Shown: piece by piece, positions 39,221-50,862 of the stretch
Numbering within the stretch: the first letter of the stretch is position 1
Layout: every line of letters starts with the position of its first letter
Assembly (NCBI GenBank): GCA_002633005.1
Contig: NMRA01000096.1
Coordinates: 634,097 to 698,096 of the forward strand
From: Phoronis australis
Lineage: Eukaryota; Animalia; Phoronida
Direction of reading: 5' to 3'
Length of the DNA stretch: 64,000 nucleotides
Translations under genes and position numbers: made by a program
Notes under the pieces: generated by a model
Told to the model about the DNA's origin: nothing
Databases searched by the model: none
Seen by the model: the letters and a program-made list of their open reading frames with translations, nothing else

Positions 39221-39543
39221 TTAAATAATGGACGTTGCATTAAAAGATCCCTATTTATTCTCGATAATACTAAGAAAGCAACGTCAGGTTCACTCTTGAT
39301 TTGTATCTATGCCAAACTTTAATTTAGTGACGATACTAAAACAGCTTTAGACAGAATAATCGGCGTTTTCAAAACTAAGCCAGTAGATTTAGGACACTTA
39401 CTTCAGTCACTATTTTAGACTGTTCCGAGCGCACTGGCACAGGCCTCTTAAAACCTTAGACAATATTGCCTTCGTGTAATTTACAAATAGTGGTATTAAA
39501 CTTCGTCAAACGTGTTTTCTTTTCGACTAACTCGTAATTTTGG

Positions 39544-42500
39544 AAAAGAGTGACAATTCTGTCATCAGTTTATCACCTTCAGTTATCGCCTTCCTTCAAG
39601 TAAAAGGTTATACGAATTCACAAAAATAAAAAAGAGGCAATTAATCTTATCCTTGGGACCTGTCCTCAAGTGTCCCCTCAATAACACGCGATATAGATAA
39701 AAACCAGGAAAAGGGTGGTCATGTATGCCATCAACCGGACATCCGAGAGTGAAAGGAGTTGATTTAAGAAACAGGAAAGGACACTAAGTCTATGCGTCAG
39801 GCTCTAACTCGTATCAACTGATAAACAATTTCAAAAACGGGAAAACAGGCTATAGAGGGCGGTTCATGGAGAAATGGGCTGTATCTTCTTGAATTAAAAA
39901 AATCTGAATTTGCTCTGGAAAATATGAACATATTTTTTCTGAATTTTTTGAAGTATGCATAATAAACAGCCCATTTTCAAATGGATTTAGAAGGTCTATG
40001 CTGCAAAAATGCTACCCCCTCGGCTTACTTACATAAATGTTTTGGCCAGGAACACAAAGGGTAAACGTGGGAGTGGTAATTGAAAATGTTCTTCTCTCTT
40101 GTCTGCGTGTTTTACTGTGTCGTTCTTTCGAGGCCATTTGCCTCCGGTCCCTATGGTGGTTGCCACGGTTTCAGCCCCACACTTGCAAATTATTGAGGGG
40201 TGCACGTGCCTTCTCGGCATCCCCGCTTCCTGCTGCTCTGAAGTTGGACATTGTGATGTTAATTGATCAAAGAGTGCGCAAACAAGTACGTGCCGTTATT
40301 GACTAATTTATGTGAATAAGGAGGACACATATACAACAATAGACGGCCCACTGAAAACCAAACATTCTGATAGATGCTATCTTCGTCAGAGGTTGATGGT
40401 ACAACACTATTTAAGGCTTTTCAGCACTTCGTATACGACTGGTAAGTTTACGTACTCCGCAGACGGCTGGAACACAGTCGTCGACTCTCATTAGCTGAGG
40501 TTTGCAAAGCTAACCGACGCTTGTTCACCGACATTAATTCCAGTGCGACTCACTGATCGCTAAATTCCTCGTAAGTTGAACACCGAGTCGTTAACGGACT
40601 AACACCAGTCACGCTGGCTTTCATGCAATTGTCATTTTGTATCTTCATCGGATACCCGACCACCAGGAGACGCCTTACAGCAAATTCTTCATTTGAACAT
40701 TTATTAGCAACTTTACGCAATGTTTCAAATGGCGTGGTTGGAAAGTAAGTCTTAAGTGTCACCATGCCATTCCAGATAGGTTTCCTGAAGGGACTCGAAT
40801 ACTGATACACTGTGAGGTTGTGTAGTCTATGTTGCACGAGATCGAGATGTCTCCTGGCTTCGAACCACACGCGGGCCAAATTTCCCACGCGGTATGAGAG
40901 GGAATGCACATAGTTCGAGTCCTGACCCAATAGTCCAAGCTTACGAATTATTATCGTGGCAACGACTATCAAAACGAAGGCGACGAATAGGAACCAATAA
41001 CTCGAAAACCATCGGACTACCAAATCGCTAGCCCTATTAGAAAAATCTCGCATGAACATTTCGGAGATGTCTTCCATAGAAGTACAAATACCATGACTGT
41101 CGCAGAATCCTTTATCACCATTACACACCTCTCCATTTCTTAAAGGGACGCTCTCCACATCGTACGTGTTACACACTTCGTCCGCTCCGACGCAACACAG
41201 CAAGCACAGGTTTGCCTTGGCTCCTGTACACTGACATTGTCTTTTGCCTGCACGAGAACAAAGCGTCTGATTGCACACTCCACCTTGACACAAACCATAG
41301 CCAAACCCACACTTACGACCATCGGGATAAGGTTGGAGTGATGGGCATTCGGCGGACTTTCCGTCGCATACAGATTCCTGCATGCATTCACTCTCTCTTT
41401 CACATACTTTGTGCGCGCCAGGGCCAATCATTTGACACGTGGTTGAATTACAACACATTGATGACACGCTGCAAGATGCTGATAGTTCGCCTTTTTTGAG
41501 AGTACAGGGCTTGCCACTAGTGGAGCCTTTGGGTTCGCAGCAGGGGTCTACGAACTCACACTGGCTCTTATCGCCACAATCACACTCCTCGCCGTCCTCC
41601 TTCACAGCATTTCCACAAACTGATAAACTGTCGGGCAGCAAACACCCAGCGCGATTCAGGAAGACTTGCCTAATCTGCATCACACTGCAGAACGAGAATA
41701 CCTTATGATTGGTTTTCAGCCCGGTACCTGCATACATGTTCATCAGGTAATTACCCACATCTCCTCCAGGCGCGCATGCCGCTTGTATCCAACCATCGCT
41801 GCCGTCATGGGAACTTCCGAACGCATGCCCTAGCTCGTGAGCTACAGTGACTGCCGACATGAGCCGCGGAATGGTTCGACCGAAATTGAAGTTTGACACA
41901 AAAGCGCTGTTACAACTCTCATATCGACCCGATATATCAGGAATTTTCTCTGCGCAGATACCGCCTATGCCATTGTCTGCGTTGGCTTTGTAGGCCAAAC
42001 CTACGACAGAGCCGTCGAAGTCCCGGTAAGTTAAAACGAGTCCTAAGCAATAGTCTTTCAAATCGTGCTGTCTAGCGAAACCTCTGAGAAACTCTTCCGG
42101 TGATGGGTTTTGTTGGACACTAAAATGCTTGGTTTTGTATATTGTGATTTTCTTGATTCTGATGCCTATGTTGTCCATAGAGCCGTCGCCGTCGAAGTCG
42201 GTTGCTCTAAAGATCGCGTTGGCCAAGCGAACGTTGTACAGAATCTCCTTGAGAGTGTGTGGGACACTTTTGTTTGCGACATGTGAAAAGTACAAATGGT
42301 CAGCAAAGATATGGAGAGTACAAACAACATTGTGCTTAAACTTCACATTTTTGCGCCTGCGAGAGTGGGATGTACTCCTGGACAAGTTGCGTGTTAGAAA
42401 AAGTCGCAATTTAAAGTTCATAGTTCCACATTTAGCTGGAAAATATGGGCTGAAATCGATATCGCTGTTTCGGTATATGATGGATTTGAAATGACTCGAG

Positions 42501-43110
42501 TTCAAATACCGCCTTGAGGGCTCAATGAAGTAATGTGTATCTGGAGTTATTACTACGCCATCAAACTCTGATAATTTACTGTCATACCATCCTTGCGCGT
42601 AGGAATTAGAATCTCCATCTAAATACCCGCTATACAATTGCCCCATGTGCACACTGTCCAAAAACTTAATAGTCCGTCTTCCTATGTCGTTAACAACGTC
42701 AACAGTGGCGTCGTTTTCAATTAGTCTGTAATCTGCTTTGAGTTTCAAGTGAATGCGTCGACGGAACGCGTAGAAATCTACAACAAACTCTTTGTTTGAC
42801 AAATCGTTGATGTTAGATCTTGCCATGTACGGTGAAAATCGTTTTATCCGCTTACCAAGACTTTCTCCAAATTTCAGATTGAATATAGGTTGAAAGCAGT
42901 TAAAGACCGTATGGTTTATGGGTAAACAATTGTTAATCAAACCTGTCGAAATTTGTGTGAACAAGACATAACAAGTTGCTACCGAGCCGACGATTGCACT
43001 TGGTTTCATCCCCCAGCTTCAACATACGTTTTCCTATCATTTTTCAGACATTGTATATTTACATGTTGTGTACGCACGAGGCACGTACGTTTCTTAATAT
43101 TTTTACACTT
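39544..43110. repeat. Segmental duplication unit, copy B
   Basis: Collinear with 17852-21350, with a few short insertions in the 3' flank. Confidence 0.9.
40550..43009 (-). CDS. Intronless ADAM10/17-family metalloprotease, copy 2, 819 aa (recent paralog of copy 1)
   Basis: Same architecture and HELGHAFGSSHD motif as copy 1. Has a 3-codon deletion in the Cys-rich region and a 1-bp deletion that shortens the tail. Confidence 0.95.
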   Translation of the reverse strand: MKPSAIVGSVATCYVLFTQISTGLINNCLPINHTVFNCFQPIFNLKFGESLGKRIKRFSPYMARSNINDLSNKEFVVDFYAFRRRIHLKLKADYRLIENDATVDVVNDIGRRTIKFLDSVHMGQLYSGYLDGDSNSYAQGWYDSKLSEFDGVVITPDTHYFIEPSRRYLNSSHFKSIIYRNSDIDFSPYFPAKCGTMNFKLRLFLTRNLSRSTSHSRRRKNVKFKHNVVCTLHIFADHLYFSHVANKSVPHTLKEILYNVRLANAIFRATDFDGDGSMDNIGIRIKKITIYKTKHFSVQQNPSPEEFLRGFARQHDLKDYCLGLVLTYRDFDGSVVGLAYKANADNGIGGICAEKIPDISGRYESCNSAFVSNFNFGRTIPRLMSAVTVAHELGHAFGSSHDGSDGWIQAACAPGGDVGNYLMNMYAGTGLKTNHKVFSFCSVMQIRQVFLNRAGCLLPDSLSVCGNAVKEDGEECDCGDKSQCEFVDPCCEPKGSTSGKPCTLKKGELSASCSVSSMCCNSTTCQMIGPGAHKVCERESECMQESVCDGKSAECPSLQPYPDGRKCGFGYGLCQGGVCNQTLCSRAGKRQCQCTGAKANLCLLCCVGADEVCNTYDVESVPLRNGEVCNGDKGFCDSHGICTSMEDISEMFMRDFSNRASDLVVRWFSSYWFLFVAFVLIVVATIIIRKLGLLGQDSNYVHSLSYRVGNLARVWFEARRHLDLVQHRLHNLTVYQYSSPFRKPIWNGMVTLKTYFPTTPFETLRKVANKCSNEEFAVRRLLVVGYPMKIQNDNCMKASVTGVSPLTTRCSTYEEFSDQ

Positions 43111-45698
43111 TCAAGCGAATTTTCAGAGCATTTCCCGGGAGCAAGATCAATAGTGCTTTTGTGCCAAGAATAAAACTTGCCTTGAAAGGGCTAGAGCTTG
43201 AATTTGTTATTGAGTTTTTTAAATGTTTGCATTTTGACATATGCCTACAACAAATCGGGGAAAATGTGCGGATCACTAAATTGGTTTTTCCGCTACAACC
43301 GCCTAAATAATGACGTTTTAAGGACTTTAATATTGTATTTTCCGGTTTACTGAATTTTTTAGATCTTAATACGTAAACAGTTAGTCTGGATTTTGGTTAC
43401 TTCAAGTATTGGCGTTTGCTTCTTCACATTAGTTTTACCGTTATTTTTTATTCATGTTTTATTCTGATGCCCATTGTGTTTTCTAAGAAATAAGAACAAA
43501 CGATTGGGTGATTATTGACTTCGTTCTAATAATTTTTAGCTCAGTGCAACATAAATATGAGTCAGTGTATGCCCTAAGTACGAGCTGGGCTATGCCCTCA
43601 GCATAAATCATTGCCAGCCAGCTAACTGTATGAAGACTGTCGTCAAAATATAGCTAGGTACCACTGTGTGTTTTTCTTCAATAGACCCCGAAATTGCACA
43701 CAGCCAGGGTTGTTCTGTTCGTCAACTCGCCGTGAAACCTGCATCAACACGATGAGCTAAAGACCGGACGGGGTGCATGCAAAATCTGGGAGTCAACCGA
43801 CACTCACCTTGCCCGTTACAACCGTTTAAGTGAAAAACAATGCAACAAATGTCATTTCCTTGCGTCATTCTCGACCTTTAGTAACAATAAAAAGTATGTT
43901 GTCGTTTTGAAAACAGTACGCTCGTGTCACGCGCACACGCCCTTTCGTAAATTTTTGCGACAACTTCGCAGCAGCAAAATTTGTTCTGAAATTCGGTTTT
44001 TCGGTATCGAAATTCTAAAAACTTATAATGAAGTGAAACCAGTTCCAATAATTTGTTGTGACGTGTACGCAACCTCGTGAAAGAACAACGGTTGATTGAA
44101 GAATCGGCGAAAAATGAAACTGGCCAATAGGTGACGCAATATTTCATGGCGCCGAAAGCCGAAGTTCGCTCCACAACTTGAGCAGCAGAGTAACGGTAGA
44201 ACGTCATTTTTTTCCAACACCGTTAAATAATTTGGTTTACCCAAGGAAGACTGTAGCTTTTAATGACACTAATTTTGTGTCAGATTTTATCTTACCACTT
44301 TTTTACCCATATCGGTACAAATTTAGTATACAGCTTTGTACCAAGGGTACATGAATCAGTGTATGCCCTTACTCCGGGCCAATGTGTACTCTCAGCGTGG
44401 ACTGGATTTGGAGGATAAGAGCTCCTTGCCTAGAAGTATATGTCCCAAAAGAAGACGAGTCAAAAAGCATTAGCAAGTTTTGGCACATTTCGTTTTTAAA
44501 AGGATACTCAACTCTGTTTTGGTGATTTTAATCAAGGTCTCATTCTCCCACCAGTTGAACGATGATGAGTGGACTAAGGTAACCACAATATTTTGAGAAT
44601 TTTTGGCATTCACACCAATCTGACCAGCTTTTGAAAATCAAAAAGAGCAAATTTGCAATTGTTTTTGTATTTATAACTCCATTTATTCGGTGTGACAATA
44701 ATAGACTCTGCGCGTTCGTTTTAGTGGAATTGGTAAGGTGACAACAACCCGTTTACCAAGATTGAAAAGAATTCTTTAAAACTTGAGGAGAAATTACATG
44801 TAAATAATTTGCTGACCTTTGCACTAATTGACCCTTTTTCGGTGCATTATGAGCCCTGATTAAGGAATAAGTGAAAACTCGATGATAAGTGTTGTTAATG
44901 CTAAGAGTCAAAGATGTCTTACTTAAGCGCTTCAGAATACAAGTTTAATGAAAATCTATTTTTTAGAAAAAAAAATCACCTTATGCATTATGAAATATAA
45001 TATAAAGAATTAAAATTTATATACTGCTAAATATCCTACCTCAAATTTGAAGGGGTTACCTGCAGTCATTTTAAATTTATCAAGCTTCAAATTGGTCGGA
45101 CGAAAAATAGGAGTAAGAATAAGAATAAGAAAATTGAAGAAAACCCAGGAACAGCAGTACTCTGGGCTTACACGCGCTGAGTAATTATACAGATGGACAG
45201 CAGTGAGAACTGACGGGGCTACCTTCATTGAAAATATTACAATAATGCATAAATAAATGATAAGATAACACTACGTTGTAAATTATATGCACAGGAATTT
45301 AATGTTATCCGGGTCTATTTCAAGTGGCCAGGAAATAGACTGGTTTGAATCGAACCATGTGATGGCAAACAATCAAATTTTTAAGGAGTCGTTTCAGTTA
45401 AGATAGAAACGTTTTGTAAAAAATTCTTTGCCTGTTCACAAAGTGTCAAACTTCTTGGGATGTACATATTGGCAGCGCATTAAGTTTTGTCGCTGCACAT
45501 CGAGCACGTACATGCAGGAAGAGGATAACTCCTATTCCGTTTGAGGAATTTCTTTCTAGCTAATAAATTTCGATGCATGCTTGCGTGTTGGACTAAATAC
45601 ATTAAGCTGCAGCGGCTTTAGGGATTTTGCGCACAACACAAGAGACAGTCATCAGTTTTCAGTCTGAGCTGTGTGTGACAACTTCTGTTATAAGTTAA

Positions 45699-47350
45699 AG
45701 TCCTTCTCTCAAACTGCCCATGTGGTTCCAGTATTCGAAAATACTTACTACATAAATTCTTATTTTCGACACTCTTTCTTTATATTCTTTTCGCCTTTCT
45801 TGCCAAAAGCGATTTTTTAACAGTATTTGACCCTTCTCTCTGAGCGTATGACTACCGGTTGTCATCGGTTATTTCCGTACCCACATTTCCGGCTCATCAG
45901 TTCACGAACTTGTCCTGAACGCTGCCATTTTTTCCTTGTAACTGAATGTGCTATGGCTTGCTCGAAAAGTCTTCATTATTTTGTTTAATTAGTAATATAT
46001 CGTGATTCGTTTGCATATGTAGTGTATTTATAGTTTGTAGTTAGTGGTCCTTGATTTTTTTGGAATGTTACGCGTACTTAGTACGTTAAAATAGCATTGG
46101 TGTTTAGTTCCTTACGTAGGCGGGTCGAACCTAGGAACCAAAATGGGTCCAACCAATTTTTTCGGTTTTATTTTTTTCCTCGTTTTGAAAAAGTACGTTG
46201 CTATCATCGGAAAGGTAGTACATTCTACTCAGTAAAAATCGAAAAAGTATCAAAATCGGGGCAAGCACTGTAAAGTTATTGCAAGTTTTGTGGCGAAATT
46301 TGGCTCACTTTGTTTGGATCGCGTCGGCCATATTGGAGGACAGCGGGATGAGTTACGAGTTTAAACTTTGTGTAAATTGTTTTCGCCAACAAATTACGGT
46401 GAAATTTAGTTTGACATATCTTTACTTACTATTCTGCACGATTTAGTAGTGTTCACCAAATTTCAGCCTCGCAGTTGTTACTCATTAAGTGATAAATGTG
46501 CTCACAATTCCCGTTGGACTTCGTCTCATTTCTGGCGGCACCGACAATGTCGACTTTTGCTGAACTTAGTGAAAGCATAGACTACTTTGTAATTTGTGAA
46601 GATTTATCGTTGATACATTATGACAAACGTTGCTACGAAAAAGAAACTTTGTTCAATTTTCGTGTTTTTTGTGTTTGTGGCCAGCGACCAGTTAGGCCTA
46701 AGCTAGGGTAGCCTTGGCGCAAAGCGGTATAGGCCTACTAACAAGCTGTATTTTGACTATAGTCTTCACTGATAGCTGGTGACTGTAAGGTCTGCCGCTG
46801 CAGTGTGACACAGGACTAACCAGCCGTAATTTCATGCAAGTGGCTGAAACTACCCTTGAATATATGCAGCATCATTTGACCATTTCACTTCGACAAAACA
46901 GCTTGCAACCGCATGCATTTACCGTTCGCCAGTGTCTGGTCTCGATCCGCACCGGGTCCGATATGCTGCGGTCCGGAATCAGGCAAAATAATTTCTGTCA
47001 AAATTTATTCGCCACATTTCTTCAGCAAATTCCGCAACATTGTCCGTAGTTTGTTTTTAAGGGGCGCTGTCGATTTTTTTATCCCCGTTTGCTGACTGGT
47101 AACAGTACAGGCACTGCTCCAGTCGCACTGACGGCGTTTTCTCGGCCTGGGTTCCTGAATGAATTGTACTTCCGGGTTCGCGGCATGTTCAAAATGGCGG
47201 TGTTTCTTCGGGTGCGAATCGTGAGTGGTGCGTTCATTTAAACTTTTTTCGAGTACGGATCGTGTATTAGTTATGGAGTAGGAACTTCTTGGATCCTTAT
47301 AATATCTTCTAACCATGTAATAAGGGTTAACAACGCGTGAGAGAAGGACT
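45699..47350. mobile_element. Non-autonomous Kolobok-like element (TTAA TSD, AGTCCTTCTCTC TIR)
   Basis: ttaa|agtccttctctc at 45699 and gagagaaggact|ttaa ending at 47350. The right part recurs inverted at 63600-64000. Confidence 0.8.
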
Positions 47351-48331
47351 TTAAGGTGTCTATGAAACAACTTAGTCGAGGAAATTAGGCCCCGTACATA
47401 CAAAACACCTTTCAAAACCCTGATATATATGCAAAACGTCAACTACTGCGAATGGCAAGATTTTAAGAAACGTAGACTTCCATTACTTTGACCAATTCCA
47501 ACGTTTTATGTTATATTTTCTATACAAATGTAAAATGAAAATTTTATTTACTTATTGCTTTATCCTTTTCAGTTATTGTATTCTTGCATGGTTTTCTGTT
47601 AGTAAGCCTGTTCAGAGTAAATGGAAAATTGAAAAATCAATATAGAGCTCTTAGCTTTGTTTTTCATGATTGGACTTTTTAAAGTCAAATTTAACTTAAA
47701 AGTGTTAATGAACCCGCGTCTAAAGCAAAGTGCCTGCCGCTTGAAGCATCTAAATTAAGTTGGTTCATGTTGTTTAGGAAATCTATGTTTTCTAAAGAAT
47801 AGTCCCTACCACCTAAAACAATAGGCCAAAGATATTCTCACTGTCCCAGGCTACCATACGAAAGAATTTGGTTTTTTCAACTCTTTGTGGTATCGAGGTA
47901 CCAAACTATGGGATGCCGTGCCTAACCAAGTCAAAAAACTAACGACATTGGCTTTGCCGTGTTGAATGTAAAAACACCTTACTGCACTATGCGACTGCAA
48001 CCCAAGTTATATATGTAGACTTTTAGAGAATCTTGCTGTTTGATATGATAAATTATTGTTGCTGGCATCGGAGGATATTTACAGATTTTACTTTTGTATG
48101 GTTTAGATGTTTTTACTGCTATGAAAATAATGTAATTATTGCTCATGTCATTTAGATTTAGATTTTAATTTGTAATCGGCAACTAGCTCTTGAGGTAAAT
48201 TGAACAAAAAACTTTTCTCCACTCGAATCTATTAATTTGAAACTTGCACGTATCGTGATCACGACTTGAATGGTTTGGGTCTCGTGTACGTGTGAACTCA
48301 CGAATTTCGGTTCAGAAAGTTTTTTTCATTG

Positions 48332-50782
48332 ATGAGTAGTAACACTGGTGTGAAACTCTTTGGACTCTTTTGTCAGCTTTATCTAGTTGCGTGTCTCAAA
48401 GATGAATGTTACCCGCTAGACCACCCGCTTGTTGATTGTTTCCAGCCAATTTCCAACCTCGGCTTTCGCCACTTGTCAAACAACCGGTTCTACAGGAGAA
48501 GAAGAGCAGTCTCAGCTGAGAGCAATTTCGAAATTGATTTTTACGCCTTCCGACGACGTATTCACTTGAAGCTGAACCAGGGTTCGCGATTTATACCCAA
48601 TAATGTAACTATTGACATGGTACATCCGTATGGAAGGAGAACTACTGAGTTGGCTAGTTCGTCACCAGACACTTACTTCTATTCAGGTTTCTTAGAAGGG
48701 GAGCCACAATCGCGGACGTTTGGATGGTTTGATCACACGAACAACGAATTTGACGGTGTTGTGGTTACAGAAGAGACCACTTTCAACATTGAGCCGTCAA
48801 GGAAGTACGTCAATTCAAGTCTTGCAAAACACATAATTTACAGAATTTCAGACTACAAATCTACTCCGCAAATGAGGTGTGGCTATAACAGAGTGAACAC
48901 GAGTGCACTTTTGTTTAATTCCTCGCTTTTCAACATCCACTCTTTAAGGAAGAAAAGGCGTAGTATTTTTAAGTCCAACATTGTATGCAGTTTACATCTT
49001 GTTGCTGATTACTCGTATTTCAAACACTTCTCTCATGGTAGCGTAGCAATGTCAGTTAGAGAAATGGTACACAATGTGGCTGAGGCGGACGCCATTTTCA
49101 GGGCTTCGGATTTTGATGGTGATGGCAAGAGCGACAACATAGGATTTAGAATTTCAAAAATTACCATACACAACACCGATAGATTTCACATTAAACAAGA
49201 CTTAACGTCTGATGAATTTTTGGATGCGTTCGCTCAGCATCATAATTTTGAAGATGTTTGCATTGGTGTTGGATTTACATTCAGAGAATTTGAAGACTTC
49301 ACTGTAGGAATGGCTTATTCCGGAAGCCTACAGGAATTGGGTGGAATTTGTTCGCCGGCACACCCGCGAAAAGATGGTACGAAGCTAAGTTACAATGCTT
49401 TGGTGGTCTCTCATTTAAATTTTGGCCAAAGAGTTACCCGTCATATGGCTTCTGTGACAGTTGCGCATGAATTAGGCCACGCCTTTGGAAGTTTCCACGA
49501 CGACGATGAAGGTACATCTGCACTTTGCTCGCCGGGTGGAGACGTTGGTAACTACTTGATGTATTCTAACGCAGTCACCGGGCAGAAGATAAACCACAAA
49601 ATATTTTCGCCCTGCAGTCTTCTCCAAATTAGGCCAGTACTCATAGAAAGGGCGCCGTTGTGTTTCCTCGAGGGTACCACTGAGTTTTGTGGTAACGGCG
49701 TAAAAGAGGACGGGGAAGAGTGTGACTGTGGCGACGAATGGCAATGTGAATTTCTTGATCGCTGCTGTGTCCCTAGTGGCTCCAAAGATAGCACTCCGTG
49801 TACCATCAAACAAAGCCATGGCTACAGGTGTTCTGGCTCGTCTATGTGCTGTGACCCTCAAACATGCCAACTCATTCACGCGGAAGCAAGAGTTAAGTGT
49901 GAGTTAGAAAGTCAGTGCTTGCAAGAATCGATTTGTGACGGAGCAAGTGCCTCCTGCCCCACTCCCAAGCCGCATGCAGACGGACATGTTTGCGGATACG
50001 GTTCCAAGCGTTGCTCCGCAGGACACTGCAACCAGACGTTGTGCGGTATGCTGGGAAAGAAAGAATGTCAGTGCCCGGATGCGAATCACTTTTGTGCACT
50101 TTGCTGTAGGATTGATACGGGTGACTGCGAACCATACTTTTCTGTCACTCTGAAAACAGTTATGTTAACCCATGGACAACTGTGCAACGACAACAAAGGT
50201 TATTGCAATACCGCTGGTCAGTGTCAATTGAGAGCTCGAGTTGACACTTCTAAACAATTCCTTCTTATGTTTTCAGAAACAGGAAGGGCATCTGCTTGGG
50301 ATTGGGTTCGTCATAACTGGTACATCATAGTTGCTTCCATCCTATTGTCGATTGTACTGCTTACGGTTAACATAACTCTTTGCAAGAAGAAGGAAAACGT
50401 CGAAGCCTTGGCATCGAAAACTGCCAGTATGGGAAGAGTGTGGTTTGAGGCAAGACGGCAACAAGACATTTTAGATGTTAAGCTTTCCGTCACTAAAAAC
50501 CTAAATTACTCGCGCATTTCAGCGCTGACACCTACACAGTGCTTCTCACGTCTGAAAGCTTTTTTCCCGTCTGTACCGTGTGGTACGGTTTGTGTAAATC
50601 TAGTTAAATCAAGCTCGTCTGAGGAATACGCTGTACGATGTCTGTTACTTAAGGGTTACCCATTTAGGAAAATATTTCCCACTAGAACTTTCAGAAAAGC
50701 TACGACGACGACCACAGACTTGTTTATGTCAAGACCAAATAGTCCAAACTGTAAAAGTTTCTCTAATGACTTTGAAAACTAG
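48332..50782 (+). CDS. Intronless ADAM10-like metalloprotease, copy 3 (divergent), about 816 aa
   Basis: ATG at 48332 (the ORF track starts at an upstream ttg). Signal peptide; RRRRAVS..F.IDFYAF.R..HLKL prodomain resembling ADAM10 RAKRAVS; PQMRCG Cys switch; RKKR furin site; HELGHAFGSFHD; YLMYSNAVTG; disintegrin and Cys-rich domains; TM WYIIVASILLSIVLLTV. Confidence 0.95.
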   Translation: MSSNTGVKLFGLFCQLYLVACLKDECYPLDHPLVDCFQPISNLGFRHLSNNRFYRRRRAVSAESNFEIDFYAFRRRIHLKLNQGSRFIPNNVTIDMVHPYGRRTTELASSSPDTYFYSGFLEGEPQSRTFGWFDHTNNEFDGVVVTEETTFNIEPSRKYVNSSLAKHIIYRISDYKSTPQMRCGYNRVNTSALLFNSSLFNIHSLRKKRRSIFKSNIVCSLHLVADYSYFKHFSHGSVAMSVREMVHNVAEADAIFRASDFDGDGKSDNIGFRISKITIHNTDRFHIKQDLTSDEFLDAFAQHHNFEDVCIGVGFTFREFEDFTVGMAYSGSLQELGGICSPAHPRKDGTKLSYNALVVSHLNFGQRVTRHMASVTVAHELGHAFGSFHDDDEGTSALCSPGGDVGNYLMYSNAVTGQKINHKIFSPCSLLQIRPVLIERAPLCFLEGTTEFCGNGVKEDGEECDCGDEWQCEFLDRCCVPSGSKDSTPCTIKQSHGYRCSGSSMCCDPQTCQLIHAEARVKCELESQCLQESICDGASASCPTPKPHADGHVCGYGSKRCSAGHCNQTLCGMLGKKECQCPDANHFCALCCRIDTGDCEPYFSVTLKTVMLTHGQLCNDNKGYCNTAGQCQLRARVDTSKQFLLMFSETGRASAWDWVRHNWYIIVASILLSIVLLTVNITLCKKKENVEALASKTASMGRVWFEARRQQDILDVKLSVTKNLNYSRISALTPTQCFSRLKAFFPSVPCGTVCVNLVKSSSSEEYAVRCLLLKGYPFRKIFPTRTFRKATTTTTDLFMSRPNSPNCKSFSNDFEN

Positions 50783-50789
50783 AAATTTG

Positions 50790-50816
50790 TTTATTGTAAT
50801 TATTTGTGATAATAAA
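50790..50816. terminator. Paired poly(A) signals of the convergent ADAM copy 3 and nardilysin genes
   Basis: AATAAA (+) at 50811-50816 and AATAAA (-) at 50790-50795, within the 80-bp gap between stop codons. Confidence 0.6.
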
Positions 50817-50862
50817 CACTGACACTTGGTTGTGCTGGAAACCGTTATCCAAAAGTAAAGAG

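Noticed and set aside
43555-44400. About 50-bp degenerate direct repeat (tcagtgtatgccct) at 43560 and 44355 as LTR-like ends
   Set aside because: Too short and diverged, with no TSD or internal coding evidence.
47005-47442. Conserved peptide shared with ORF 63713-63937
   Set aside because: Explained by two copies of the same non-autonomous transposon; the similarity is at the DNA level.
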